Part shown: in pieces, positions 1 through 12,421 of the stretch | Numbering within the stretch: position 1 is the stretch's first letter | How the letters are laid out: each line of letters starts with the position of its first letter | NCBI GenBank assembly: GCA_012295275.1 | Contig: CM022673.1 | Span: forward strand, 1,550,001-1,614,000 | Length of the DNA: 64,000 nucleotides | Source: Chrysomallon squamiferum | Taxonomy: Eukaryota > Animalia > Mollusca | Direction: 5' to 3' | Position numbers and translations under genes: made by a program | Notes under the pieces: generated by a model | Seen by the model: the letters and a program-made list of their open reading frames with translations, nothing else | Databases searched by the model: none | Told to the model about the DNA's origin: nothing

Positions 1-183
1 AAGCTACCACTAATCGGACTAGAGCGTTTCATTTACAACAGTTTTGGTAAAACGTATTTCAATTTAATAAAATGTTATCAATAATATTTAGAGATTTTTC
101 AGAATTATTTTTATTTATTTATTTAAGCTCAGGTAAACAGACAAACAATTCCAACCACATACACACACTCACACAGACTTACG

Positions 184-255
184 TACATATATACATAGAT
201 ACATATATACATACATATATACATACATACATACATACATACATACATACATACA

Positions 256-287
<32 letters not shown>

Positions 288-292
288 CATAC

Positions 293-330
<38 letters not shown>

Positions 331-345
331 GTGTACATATATACA
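184..345. repeat. (TACA)n/(TA)n/(TG)n compound microsatellite
   Basis: Direct reading; produces the spurious HTYI/MYVC ORFs. Confidence 0.9.
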
Positions 346-712
346 TACTTAATATATACACATACACAGAGTGCATACATACATACATATATATATATAG
401 ATACACTCACAAACACAGTAGGTTAATACACGCATACATCCACAACAAACAGCACGTACATTCGTACATATTCACATACAAATATACATAAACAGAAACT
501 AATTGTAGAATACTAAAGTATTAGTTATCTCGCAGTAGAAAAGCACATTTGTCTAAAACAAGCAAAATACTATTGTAGAATTATCTAACTATCTATATTA
601 GTCTGATCTTTATACTTATTACACATACATTTTCTAACTCCCTTTTTCATAAGAACACAGCAATAACAAATCTTATTTAAATTGTGCAGGACAATTATGT
701 ACACACAGTGAA

Positions 713-781
<69 letters not shown>

Positions 782-1596
782 CATCATCATCATCATCATC
801 ATCATCATAAAACCCTGAAAGGAAATTAGGAACTAAAAATAAAATATTTTAAAAATAAAAAAATAAAAAAATACGTTTTGTTCACTATGATTATATTAAC
901 ACGAGAGTACTGTTCAGAAAATAGTGCGTGGTTTAACGAGATTAAACTGTCATTGTTTCAAAGCTTTAAACAGACATAATTCTGCAGTTTCTACACACAC
1001 AACAATGAGACGCTTCACAGCTGACGTGTTCTATAATCTGTTTGTATAGTTTAAAGTTACAATATCTTAAGATCGCAGTGACAAAGTTAATTTAACTAAT
1101 AACAGGATCACGCTTGCTAGTATTTATATAATCGTAACAGAAAATAACAATGGAACAGTGGGTAAACAGGAATTAGAAAAGAAACAAAGAAATGAAATAT
1201 AACGAAGACGCCACCATTATAATGCTGGAAACGGTTTTTAAGATAAAACGAGTTTTGTAATTGAGGGGGGAAAAAATTGGATAGACGAAAATTGGGTGAT
1301 ATCTCTTCCAGATGGCGAGCGTTTAATTTTAATTAGTTAATAAATTAGTAAGAATTTCCTAATTTTAACAGTTTAAAGTTTAAGCTTGAATGACTATGAC
1401 CATCAGTACAGAAAAGAGTTAGAGAGAGAGAGAGAAAGAAAGAAAAAGAAGAAAACAGTGAGAAAGACAGGATGAAAAGTTAAGAGGACAAAAAGCAAGT
1501 AAGACAAAAATAATAAATAAATAAATAAATAAATAAAATATAAGAAAGAAGTGAGAAAATGTTATTAATTTTATATTCCAAAAAATTTATTTATTT

Positions 1597-1634
<38 letters not shown>

Positions 1635-2328
1635 GTTATTATTATTATTTTTTTAAAGGTACCCTTTGTCAAAATAGAATTATTCGTTTATTATATATAC
1701 AAAATTGTGATCCATTCTAACAAACAGATAAACTTTTATATTATGTGAAAATAGATCTTTGGCAATACTATCAATGGCAAATTAGTGTTTTTAAAACATA
1801 CACCTTTTCTGAACCACCACACCTCTGAAAAGAAGATCTTAACGATTAAACCAGACAACTCAATAATATAATTAGATAAACATCTAAGATAGGTTCTCGT
1901 GATCCAATCAGAAAAAAAAAAAAAAAAAAAAAAAAAATTAAAAAAAGAAAGAAGTTTCTAAAGCATGTTTATCTTTCAGTCTACAAACCAGTACAAAAAA
2001 ACGTTTGTCATTTTCTTGTTATTTTTTGGCTACGCGATATCGATATCCCGAGGTGTGGTGCGCTAGGAACGGTGGAACTTCCAACAAGTACAGAGATGTA
2101 TTCAACGTTCAAACTAATAGCATTCTGGTGTAGTGTGTTTTCGTTTAATCCCTCCTTGTCAGGCAATACAGACAAGAATGACGCCCTTTAATTGAACCAC
2201 AACAAACAAACAAAGAACGTGTTCGTATTAAATGAACTACATGGGTTCTGACAGGGAGGTCTCGCAACACAGTTGTTGTTGTCGTTATTGTTTTATTATT
2301 ATTACTGTTATTGTTTTATTATTATTAC

Positions 2329-2381
<53 letters not shown>

Positions 2382-3233
2382 GTCTTCTTCTTATTATTAT
2401 TATTATTATTACTGCTGTTGTTATTATTATTCATTTGTATTGTTATTGTTGTTTTAGTTATTATAGTTGTTATTTTTTTTTTGTTGTTGTTGTTATTATT
2501 ATTTTTTTTTTATTGTTGTTATTTTTTTTATTGTTACTGATGTTGTTGTTTACAGATGATTTGCGCCCTAGACAAAGCCAACACTATATTTTGTAAACAA
2601 TTAACTGATATAAACTAACAATGGACTATTACCTTTTATTTTTATTTTGTTGTGGTTTTTCTTAAAACAGTAATCAGTGTAAACAGGGACCCGGACAGCT
2701 CAGCGATTAGTGACTTTGATGGTCGGCTTAACGGTAGCGCCAAGTCCTTTGTTGTTGACGTTGATGTAGACGTTGTTGTTGTTGTTGTTATTTTTATTAT
2801 AACGACAAACATTAAAAATACCTTCCCTTCTTTATTTTTATTTTTGACTGTCTCTTTTTGTATCACCGAAATTGTTATTGTTGTTGTTGTTGTAAAGTTA
2901 ATGACACAGTTTGTTGTGATATTTTGCGTTAATAAGTGCCCAGAGTTAAAGTAGCGATGTAAAAATATTTATTATTTTTACTGTCGATGTTGTTGTTGTG
3001 GTTGTCATATTCTGTTGTTGTCGTCGTTGTTCTTAATATTTTATTACTGTTGTTGCTATTGTTGACCATCATCATCATCTTCTTCTTTTTATTATTATTA
3101 TTATTATTATTATTGTTATTATTATTATTATTATTTTTATTATTATTATTATTACTTCTAGTAATTATTCATAAATGAATTTGAAAGCAGGAGATACATT
3201 CTTTAACATGCATCGTTTATTTCTCAGTGAAGT

Positions 3234-4703
3234 ATGACATTTGTAGCACACGTGACCTGGCTGGTGATACTGTTTTCTGCATGCACTTACTGCTCCTCGC
3301 TCTCGCACACAACTCCCAGCGGAAAGGACAGTGATACAAAGGATGTCATTTCAAGTTCCGGTTTACCCACGACTGCTAATGAAGACGAGTCGAGGGCAGT
3401 TAGGAAATCCACATTAAAATTAAACAATGCAAACCGAAATAATAATGAAATTGTTACAACTAGTTCGAAGGAAATTCTTACAAAACCGAATGGTGAAGAA
3501 ACTCTTCAAAACGATAAAGACGACGAATCGGGAGACAGCAAAATTCCAGCAGTTCAAAATAAAGACAAGTCCAACCGGAAAAGTCCAACAAGTTCTGAAA
3601 GAAACGGAGCAAACAAAGGTCGGATGAAACATGTTGACAGGGCTTTTGGAAAACGAAGAAGGCTGATTTTAGAAGGAAACGTTTTGTGTACGAACCTAAA
3701 CAATGAAACGACCAATCAGTCCGAGAGCTGTCTTCGTGCAGCAGACGTGTCAGCAGTCGAACGACACCTGATGTTGTATTCCATCAAATACACAACGCTA
3801 GCGTTCTCCTTCGTCATCAACCTGATCAACATCGTCTTCCACAGCAGACAAGCGAACCGAGCCAACTCGTCTCTGTACGTCATCACGATGAATGTGGTGG
3901 AGATGTTGTCGTTAGTGCTAGGCCTTATGTCGTTTCTGATTTACAACAAGAGTAATTTAACGCAGAATATTTCAGACAACGACCTCATGGGCGCGATATT
4001 CTACAGGCACGTGGGCAGCTGGATTAAGCAAGGTTCGTACCTGGCGCACTTGCTCTTTACGATCGAACGATTCCAGGTGGTGAAGTATCCTTTGCGTTAC
4101 TTGCAAATATGGAACGTCTGCAAAGCTAAAATAATTCTTTTTTCCGTCCTGGCTTTGTTTGTAGTTAGTAACTTTATAGGAGTTTTTGTCTCCGTTGAAC
4201 TATCGAGTGAAGTGGATAAGAATCTGTTCAGCAGGTGGAACATAATAACGGGAACACTGTTTACCGTTCTGCCAGTCGCGACCATCTTCATTCTGAACGG
4301 CTTCACCTGCGTCGTCTTCATCAAGGAAAACAACAAGATTTGCCAAACCTGCGACACCCACGTCTCTCAGCTGCTACAAAAACGACAGAAAAAGATGACG
4401 ATAAGTCTGTTCATCACGACGACAATCCTGATTGTAACAGCGACGCCGTTCTCGCTGTGGGTGATCTTTCTCAGCACAGGAAGCGACCCAAACCATGTCT
4501 ACAGACTCGTCACGGAAGTCCTCTCGGTGTTTTCCTACTTCGGCAACAGCGTCGCTTTCATCAGTTTGATGGCGCTGAATGTTGTCACCAAGAGAAAGTT
4601 TTGTAGCTGCTGTTTTTCATCAGCGGTATCGTCGTATCCTGTGTCTAAAGCTCGTCTGACTCTGACAGTGACTCATAGTAGTCAGTCCTCCTTCAATGGG
4701 TAG
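3234..4703 (+). CDS. Orphan class A (rhodopsin-like) GPCR, copy 1; intronless CDS, signal peptide, ~180-aa N-terminal ectodomain
   Basis: 489-aa ORF with a hydrophobic signal peptide (MTFVAHVTWLVILFSAC) and seven hydrophobic segments. TM1 Asn (VINLINIVF), TM3/ICL2 IERFQVVKYPLR (E/DRY-type), TM5 VLPV..LN, TM6 TATP, TM7 YFGNSVAF, C-terminal CSCC. Splice-acceptor-like ttctcAG ends at 3227, 6 nt before the ATG. Confidence 0.92.
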   Translation: MTFVAHVTWLVILFSACTYCSSLSHTTPSGKDSDTKDVISSSGLPTTANEDESRAVRKSTLKLNNANRNNNEIVTTSSKEILTKPNGEETLQNDKDDESGDSKIPAVQNKDKSNRKSPTSSERNGANKGRMKHVDRAFGKRRRLILEGNVLCTNLNNETTNQSESCLRAADVSAVERHLMLYSIKYTTLAFSFVINLINIVFHSRQANRANSSLYVITMNVVEMLSLVLGLMSFLIYNKSNLTQNISDNDLMGAIFYRHVGSWIKQGSYLAHLLFTIERFQVVKYPLRYLQIWNVCKAKIILFSVLALFVVSNFIGVFVSVELSSEVDKNLFSRWNIITGTLFTVLPVATIFILNGFTCVVFIKENNKICQTCDTHVSQLLQKRQKKMTISLFITTTILIVTATPFSLWVIFLSTGSDPNHVYRLVTEVLSVFSYFGNSVAFISLMALNVVTKRKFCSCCFSSAVSSYPVSKARLTLTVTHSSQSSFNG

Positions 4704-6662
4704 CCCGGCTCTTCTTCATTTTAACTAACATATGTACATGAGTTATATTCTAAATGCGAAGTTTTGCAGGGAAATGTCAATTCCAGTTTACACTAAATAT
4801 AACAAAATGTGTACAATGCAACCGGTTGTGATATTTTTTAATACACGTAGCAGCTTTGTGATTATTTTCTTTTAAATTACAAGTATTTATCAGTTAATGA
4901 CTGATGTATTTAGTATTTAACTGAGCCATTTGTTATAACCATGTAAACGTGAGATACTGTCGGTACATGTGCAATGTATCTGACTGTTGATAGCAGTAAA
5001 TTTTCTCTGTTGTATGAATGGTATGTAAATCAGTGATGTTTTTTCTATTATAAGGAATATATTTAACTAAAATTGCAATAGTATGGCGTTGTTTTTTGTT
5101 GTTTTTTTATTGTTGGTATTTTTTTTTTTCTCTTGGATTTTTACGAAGCCATCAGAATAAATCGTATAAACTCAGATGCTTGATAACTGTTTATTACGAG
5201 TCAAATAAATAAATGTGTACAATAAAGAACCAAAATAACAAAATAACTTAGTAGTGATCGGTTCAAGAAAAAGAAGATGAAGAAGACAATAATGAAAAAA
5301 AACAAAAAAAGGAACAAAAGAAAAAACGAAAAGCAACAGTTGAAAACAGTCGAAAACAAGAAATAATTAAAAAAAAGAAAAAAAGAAGAAGACGATTATG
5401 TTTTGAAACAAACCTGTTTAACAAACAGCAACTAAGTTAAAAAGAAACACAATATATATAAATTTAGTTTTGAAAAAACAATGTTAATTTCAGAGGCGTT
5501 ACGATGATGTCGTGCTGCGATGCTGTCGACTGACAAATGTGTCTTCATTAATAAAACATCTTCACTGAAAAAAAAAAAAAAAAAAGAGTTAATTTTATGT
5601 CCATGTAAAATTTTAGACGTAATCAAGTTAATACCAATGTATTAAATAAAAATTGCAGTTTATCGATGGCAAAATATATTTTCATATTATCAGATATTAG
5701 GGGTCAGAGAGAAAATAATTTTTTCTTTCTTGTACTGTAGTGTGGATATTAGAGAGGAAACTCGATTTTAAAGACATAAAAAAAAAATCATCAGAGCAAC
5801 GTAGAAATTTATCTGGAGGAAAAAGAAGTTAATTTATTCATCATAGATATTGCTGTCGAATATAATATTTGTATGAAACATAGTGAACATAAATATGTTT
5901 TTCTTTTCTTTTCCTTCTTCTTATATCGTCGAAATGTTCATCAGTGTCCGTGTGCAACTCGTTAAATGTGTATTAAAAGATAATTTTAATCAGGTAATCC
6001 ACAGAACAAATGCACCAAGAACCAGTAGAACTGTCCAGAGGAAATACCGTTGCCCTTCAGTGATGATTATTAAATTCTTTCTGTGTGTGATGACCCAAAA
6101 CTTTGTGTATTAATACATTTTTAGTAGAGACTTTCTTTGTATTTTTCTGTGTTGAAATTACACGTGAAAAGCAATGTTTTCAGTTAATGTGAATCAGTCT
6201 AGACAGCCAATTAATCGTTTAAAAGAGCACACGAAATTAAAACAGAAGCAAAGTTTCTTGGCTATAAATGCTAAACAACGATATTTCTTTATTAAAAGTT
6301 ATTAGATGTAAAACGTATAATAAAGAATAAATTTAAAAAATCGCAAATTAGTCATTTATTTTTATGACTGATCCAACGAATGTATCAAGGAAAGAAATAG
6401 ATTATCGATAAATAAACGAAAGAAGAAAAAATAACATGAAGACGAAAACTGATGCAATATAAAACAATCAGTTTTATTGTTTCTAAAATTAAAACTCAGT
6501 TATTTAAAAAAAAAAAAAAAAAAAAAGTTTTTATTATTATTTTTGTTTTAAAGTAACGAAAAAGAAAAGAAATAAATAGAGAAAAAGAATGAAAAGCAGT
6601 GCGTAGAAAAAAAAAATTAAATAAAGAAAAAATAAATAACTTGATAAACGAGGAGATCAGAT

Positions 6663-7023
6663 TTACTTACGCTTAACGTACGGAACACATCTCGCTTTTC
6701 CCTTGAGCAGGGCGAGGAGAGGGTGTGTTTCGTGGGGTTCTGGCAAACACTGGAGTCCCACTCCGCATCTCCCGCGCGTGAGACCGCACAGCTCTCCCCT
6801 CCAGTCGCGCGCACACGGGACAGCAGCCGCAGATTCCCGTCTCCAGCACGAGCTCGCACGACTCCCGGGGGAAAACACACGACCGGAAGTCGCACGGGAT
6901 GCAGTTGAACATCTTCTGGAGGTATTGTCGATCGTTCCTTATTCCGTGCACGCTCGTCGAGCTCTGAAACACCATCGCGACGAAGACAAATACTTTTACT
7001 GTCGAAGACGTCATCCCTCGCAT
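6663..7023 (-). pseudogene. IGFBP N-domain protein, copy 1; frameshifted as assembled (pseudogene or homopolymer sequencing error)
   Basis: ORF 6673..7023 gives the signal peptide to CGCCPVCARLEG; ORF 6663..6878 gives ELCGLTRGRC...HPLLALLKGKARC. The plus-strand C run at 6796-6799 is C4 versus C3 in copy 2. Removing one C restores a full 12-Cys protein with no other lesion. Confidence 0.8.
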
Positions 7024-7174
7024 TTTAGTTTACTTGTAGTCTCTACTGTCTACTTTCAGATTTTTATTTATTTATTTATTTATTTATTATTTTTCTAGCA
7101 TCAGAACATTCTGAAAGTCCAGTTAGTGCGAGAATGGTTGAAAGACGACTGCAAAGTTTCTGCTCACTAAAGAC

Positions 7175-7254
7175 ATCTACCTGACGGTGACACCTGCCAG
7201 TTAACAACGATATCTCTGGCTTTTTGTTCTCTCTTTGACACTCCACGAATACTC
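7175..7254 (-). promoter_or_regulatory. Conserved non-coding block upstream of IGFBP-like copy 1
   Basis: atctacctgacggtgacacctgccagttaac...acgaatactc aligns with 22260-22340 at a similar distance from the ATG; contains E-box CACCTG. Confidence 0.55.
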
Positions 7255-7866
7255 TCAACTGATCTGATTTGGTCGCAGGATGCTCTATTGTTTCTCTAAC
7301 ACAATCACGTTAACTTTGCAGATATGATTAGCCGTGTTTGCGAAGGAGTGAACCATAGACTCTCAGATTAGCATGTACTTGTCTAAATACTTCTTGCTCC
7401 ATCTGATTATTAAAACATCTGGATGGCAAAGGACGTAATAAAATAAAGGTGTATTGGGATTAATATTTGGGGATCACAGTTCTTGTAGTCATATTATTAA
7501 AATTTGTATACCTTTTCATCATCATCGTTATCATGATAATTTACAAATCACCATTGCAACTCAACATTTTTTTCAGATTACTGTAAAATTTAATAAACTA
7601 ACTTTCTTAGAAATTGTTTTCTGAATATTTAACATTATGAGACCATGGGTCAGTCTTCTTGTTCTGAGCTAAAAAACCATGTGATCCAGAAAAGCTCAAA
7701 AGATGTTTGTGTGTTACTCCGTGTAAATACCCAAACGACTGCAGCAGAAAAAAATCAAAGATCCGCAAATATTACAGACATTTTTTAAAGTAATAAATGA
7801 AAATATTTATTTTAAAGGGAACCAGTCTGGGTGGATTGCCTCTATTCATGAAAAGAATGCTTTATT

Positions 7867-7868
<2 letters not shown>

Positions 7869-7959
<91 letters not shown>
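7869..7959. repeat. (CT)n microsatellite
   Basis: Direct reading. Confidence 0.95.
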
Positions 7960-7963
<4 letters not shown>

Positions 7964-8620
7964 CACAAGCAATCGATATATCTATATCGAATGTAGTTGA
8001 GAGAGAGAGAGAGAGAGAGGAATGTTATAAACTGAAGTGAAAATGAAAAACATTTGTTAACGATACATTTATACGTTTTAAAGTTTTAAAATAGATAATC
8101 ATGAAATACTATAGACTGAATTACTGACACTACAGTTTTAATAAAACCTGTCAGAACTGTACCTGTACAGATACATCCAAGTCCATGTGAACGTTGTTTG
8201 TATTCTAAATTAACAGTCTAAAGATGTTGTTATCTTTTCTTTCTTCTTCTTCGTTTTATTTCTAAAAATATTTTTAATCTCCTTTCGATTGAGAAGGAAA
8301 CATTTTAGTTATGTTTGTATATGTATGTATGTACGTTTGAATGCATGTATTTATTTATTTATGTTTGTATGTATTTATATGTACACATGTTTGTATTTAC
8401 TTAAGTATTTAGGAATGAATATTCTGTGTCTTATATACACAATACACAAACATACACTGGTACAGTAGGGCTAACACCAGTGTATATATCTACATTTGTA
8501 TTTACATGTATATATGTACATGTGTATATGTGTGTCTTTCTGTGTGTATGTATGTATTTATGCACATATGTATTTGTGTGTATATATATATTATTTTGTG
8601 TGTATGAATGAATGAAAAAA

Positions 8621-8706
8621 AATGAACGTGCTAATCAGAGCTAGCTGTTGTGAAGCACGTCTACGACGGGCACGCTTTCTGACAGGTCAACGGTATTTTG
8701 TGTACA
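8621..8706 (+). repeat. 86-bp dispersed repeat, copy A
   Basis: 80/86 identical to 14766-14851; a more diverged partial copy lies at ~15752-15807. Confidence 0.85.
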
Positions 8707-10163
8707 TTCTTACGTATTTATTATATATGTCCACGTATGCGTGTTTGTCAGTGCAACAGATTGAGTCTCAAATTTCTGAATAGTGTTTGCGATCATACAC
8801 CCCCATTAAATGAGCGTAACCTCATCGTGAAATACCGGAGATTAATTATTCTGATCAATCCGTGATTGGATTCGCTTCTGACGTAAAGCGGATGAGCCAT
8901 CTAACATCTCCGGATAATCTTCATGTTAATGAATCGAAAACCCGACGAGTGGAAAGTTCCGCATTTTACCATGAAAAGAGATTATTCCTGCGTAACAGCT
9001 TCAAGAGGATAAACACAGCGTAACCGAAAACTTGAAGTGTAGCATGATAAGTTAAGTGTAACACGATCACGTTAACAGGATGAGCGAAGCTTAGCGGCTT
9101 ATAATGTATGAAGGTACGTATTCAATTTAATGCTGTGGTGATTTTAATATTTGCTTCAGTGTAAAATTGTCGTTTTATTGTACTTTGAAGACAAATAAGA
9201 GTCTTATTAGTTGAAACACACGTCCGAATTTACGAAGCTTGTTTTGGACTTAGACACGCGCGAAGTGTTAACATTGTCCTCGGATCGTTACACATGTCTT
9301 AGAATTCTTAAAAATCTGCACTTAAGAGAAAAATGTTACATGTTGAAACCGCATCTTCCACTATATATATATATATATATATGTACAATATATGTACACT
9401 ATATATGTATAATAACTTGTTATTTATATATTTATTTGTTTAACTTTTTAATTAATTGATTAATTTATTTGTTCACTGGGTTGGGTTTTTGCTGTTCTTC
9501 TAATAAACTGTTTTTTCTTGTTACAACATCGCCTAAGGACTGGTTAAAAGTCCCGTTGTGTATACTTTCCCGCGAAAGTTAATTTTGAATATCTTGTTGA
9601 CAATGGTAAAAAAAAAAGTACAAAAAAAAAGAGAACAAAAAACCAACAAAAAACCCACAAAAACAATAACAAAAAAAAAAAGAAGAAATAACCCACAAAA
9701 AAACAACAACAAAACAATAATAAACAAAAAAACCCCGAAGAAATGCAAATAATAGCGATGATAATGATGATCATGATAAGAAGAAGAAAAAGAAAAAGAA
9801 TATAAAAAAGAAGAAGAAAAAAGATGAAAAAGAAGATGATGATGAAAAAGATGAAGATGAAAAGAAGAAGAAAAAGAAGAAACCATTTTCTGTTTACTTT
9901 TTTGTTTTTGGAAGATTTCGTTAAACAAATAATTAAAAATAACAATTATTATAATTATAAAAATAAATAAATAAATAAATATGCTGAAAACTATTTAAAT
10001 AATATTATTATTTTGTATCATTTCAAATTATTTATCTAACAACATTTTTCAGTATATCTATAAATAATTTTAAATATATATTTTATAATTAATCAGATTC
10101 ATTTACGTAAAAATAATACTGATAAAAATAAAATAAAATAAAATAAAACAAAATAAATAAATA

Positions 10164-10212
<49 letters not shown>

Positions 10213-12421
10213 TTAATAATAATAATAATAGTAATAACAATAACAATAACCGTAATAAGAACTAAAATAAAAAAAGGCTTATACATTATTAAATCTTCAG
10301 TTTCGTTTATGAATTTTGATATTAAAATAATTTGTTCACAGAAATATGATATCGTACAGTTTTATAAGATACTTAATCGGAAGTCTTGTAGACTTACAAT
10401 GTTTTGTTTGATGGCTTCAACCTAATTAACTGAAATAAATCATAAATGTCCTTCATTCTTAGATCACTTCAAGGAACAAAGTCGACATGAATTATAATAT
10501 AAAAACCAATGTTTTTTTTTTTTTTTTTTTTTTCTCTCTTTTTTTTCTGTTTTATTCAATTTACTTACTTATTAAATTCTTTTTTTTTTTTTTTTCCTAC
10601 GCTTATTTTATTCCGTGAGTCAGACCTTTCTGCAAATTTTTCTGTCACACTAAATTTTCAGTTGTCATTCCCTCTCTATGTCCGTCAGTTCTTGTCAGTC
10701 TTTTTTTTTTTTGTTATCATGCTGTAAGATAAAACGTTTAGAATATAAGCGAAGTTACCAAACCTAAAGATCAGAAACTTACGATGACGATATATATCAA
10801 CGTCTAAGTATCACTCAAAATACACTGACAGATAAAACCCGCCTTCGTCAAGCTGTTGGCTACTCTTTTTCGATTAGAAGCAAAAAATAATTTAAATGTA
10901 CCTTCCCATAGAAAATAAGAAAAGTACATAGAACTAAAACGCTGAGAAACCATTTTTTTTATTTATTTATTTATTTATTTTTTTTTTTTTTTTTTTTTTT
11001 TGTAATAGCAAAATATAAATATTTCAAGCCTGTACCGGATTTAGGTAAAAGCTCCAACTTAGATCCCCTCAGTATGTAGGGTCCTCAAATAGCAAGACAT
11101 TCTACATCAATATTTTGGCCAATTATTTGAGAAGATGCCTCCCGATCTTTATACAGAGTCTGGCCTCACCAAGTCTACGTTCAGACCTGCTTACAGGAGT
11201 ACCCCGTCTCCTGTTAGTATGCTTAATATTAAAGAATGATTACTAAAAGAAGATACAAATAAACATTTTCATTATTCTTTATAATCTTTCTGAAACTACA
11301 CCACACATTAAACTTTTTCGATCGAATCTGAAACTGATAAAATAAAAACAGCGTTCAACGACCGCCGTCCATTCTGCGTGCTTCGTCTATTCTCTGATCA
11401 ATTTAATTAATGAAAATAAAAACAAAAATTAAAATTAATTATAGGTGAACGTACACCTTAACGATCGTCAACCTTACGATTCTTAACGAACAGATAGTTA
11501 ATATGTTATTATAATTTAATATGAACAAATTGGAAAGATGACGAGTGAAGAGAGTACAAGACACCTGCGAGAAAGGTTTATGATTACTGCAGAATTCCTT
11601 TCACGTGTAGATGTAAATGCAAAGCGTATGTAATACAGCTATTTACCTTCACAGCGGTACGTATTAACTTTGTTTAATGTATTTTGTTCTTATACAATCT
11701 GAACATGATTTAACTGTATATTTCGTTCAGCATCTCTCGCTATCTTCTCTTCTCTCTCTCTATGTATGTATATTCGTCTAATTAATGATATCTATACATA
11801 TAAAGATACACACACACACATTCACGTACATACATACTAGTATATATGTGCATGTATGTGCCAGCCAAAGTAAACGACATATCCATAAATAAAAATAAAT
11901 TTAAAAATTAAATAAATTAAAAAAAACTTATAATAAGATAAAAAAAAAGTTTCTACTTGTGGACAAAAAAAAAACAAAACAACTGGCACTGTTAATGCAA
12001 ACCGAAAACAATGGTAGACATAATACACTTTGAGAGAACAAGAATGTTAGACATTTCAGTTACGTAGCTTTGCTTACGTCAGATCACATTCTTTGAAAAT
12101 ACATAAGTCTTGGAATCCAGAAAAAGATTTTCATTTCGATCGCTAACCAAGTTATTCGAAAGTACATCTTTTTTATATATTACTTAATACACCGCAAATG
12201 TTATTTTAAAAATGTCACAGTTTTTACATATTTTATTTACACGAAAAATATAAATTAGCTTAGTTCATTATTTCATCAAAGCAAAATCTCAAAGAGAAAC
12301 ATTCAAAGAAACCTAAGAAAACATGAGAAAGATTAAAATTTTTAAAAATTATGTTTTTATTGTAAACACTGATAGGATCTCTTTCATATTTATCTTTCTT
12401 TCTTTTTATTTCCAGTGAACA

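Noticed and set aside
72-3178. ORFs rich in HTYI, poly-L, poly-I and poly-Y
   Set aside because: Translations of (TACA)n, (TAT)n and (TTG)n microsatellites. The same applies to the ER/LS/CV/HT-repeat ORFs throughout the window.
3420-4606. Short ORFs overlapping the GPCRs and IGFBP genes on other frames or strands
   Set aside because: Shadow ORFs of GC-richer coding sequence with no recognisable motifs.
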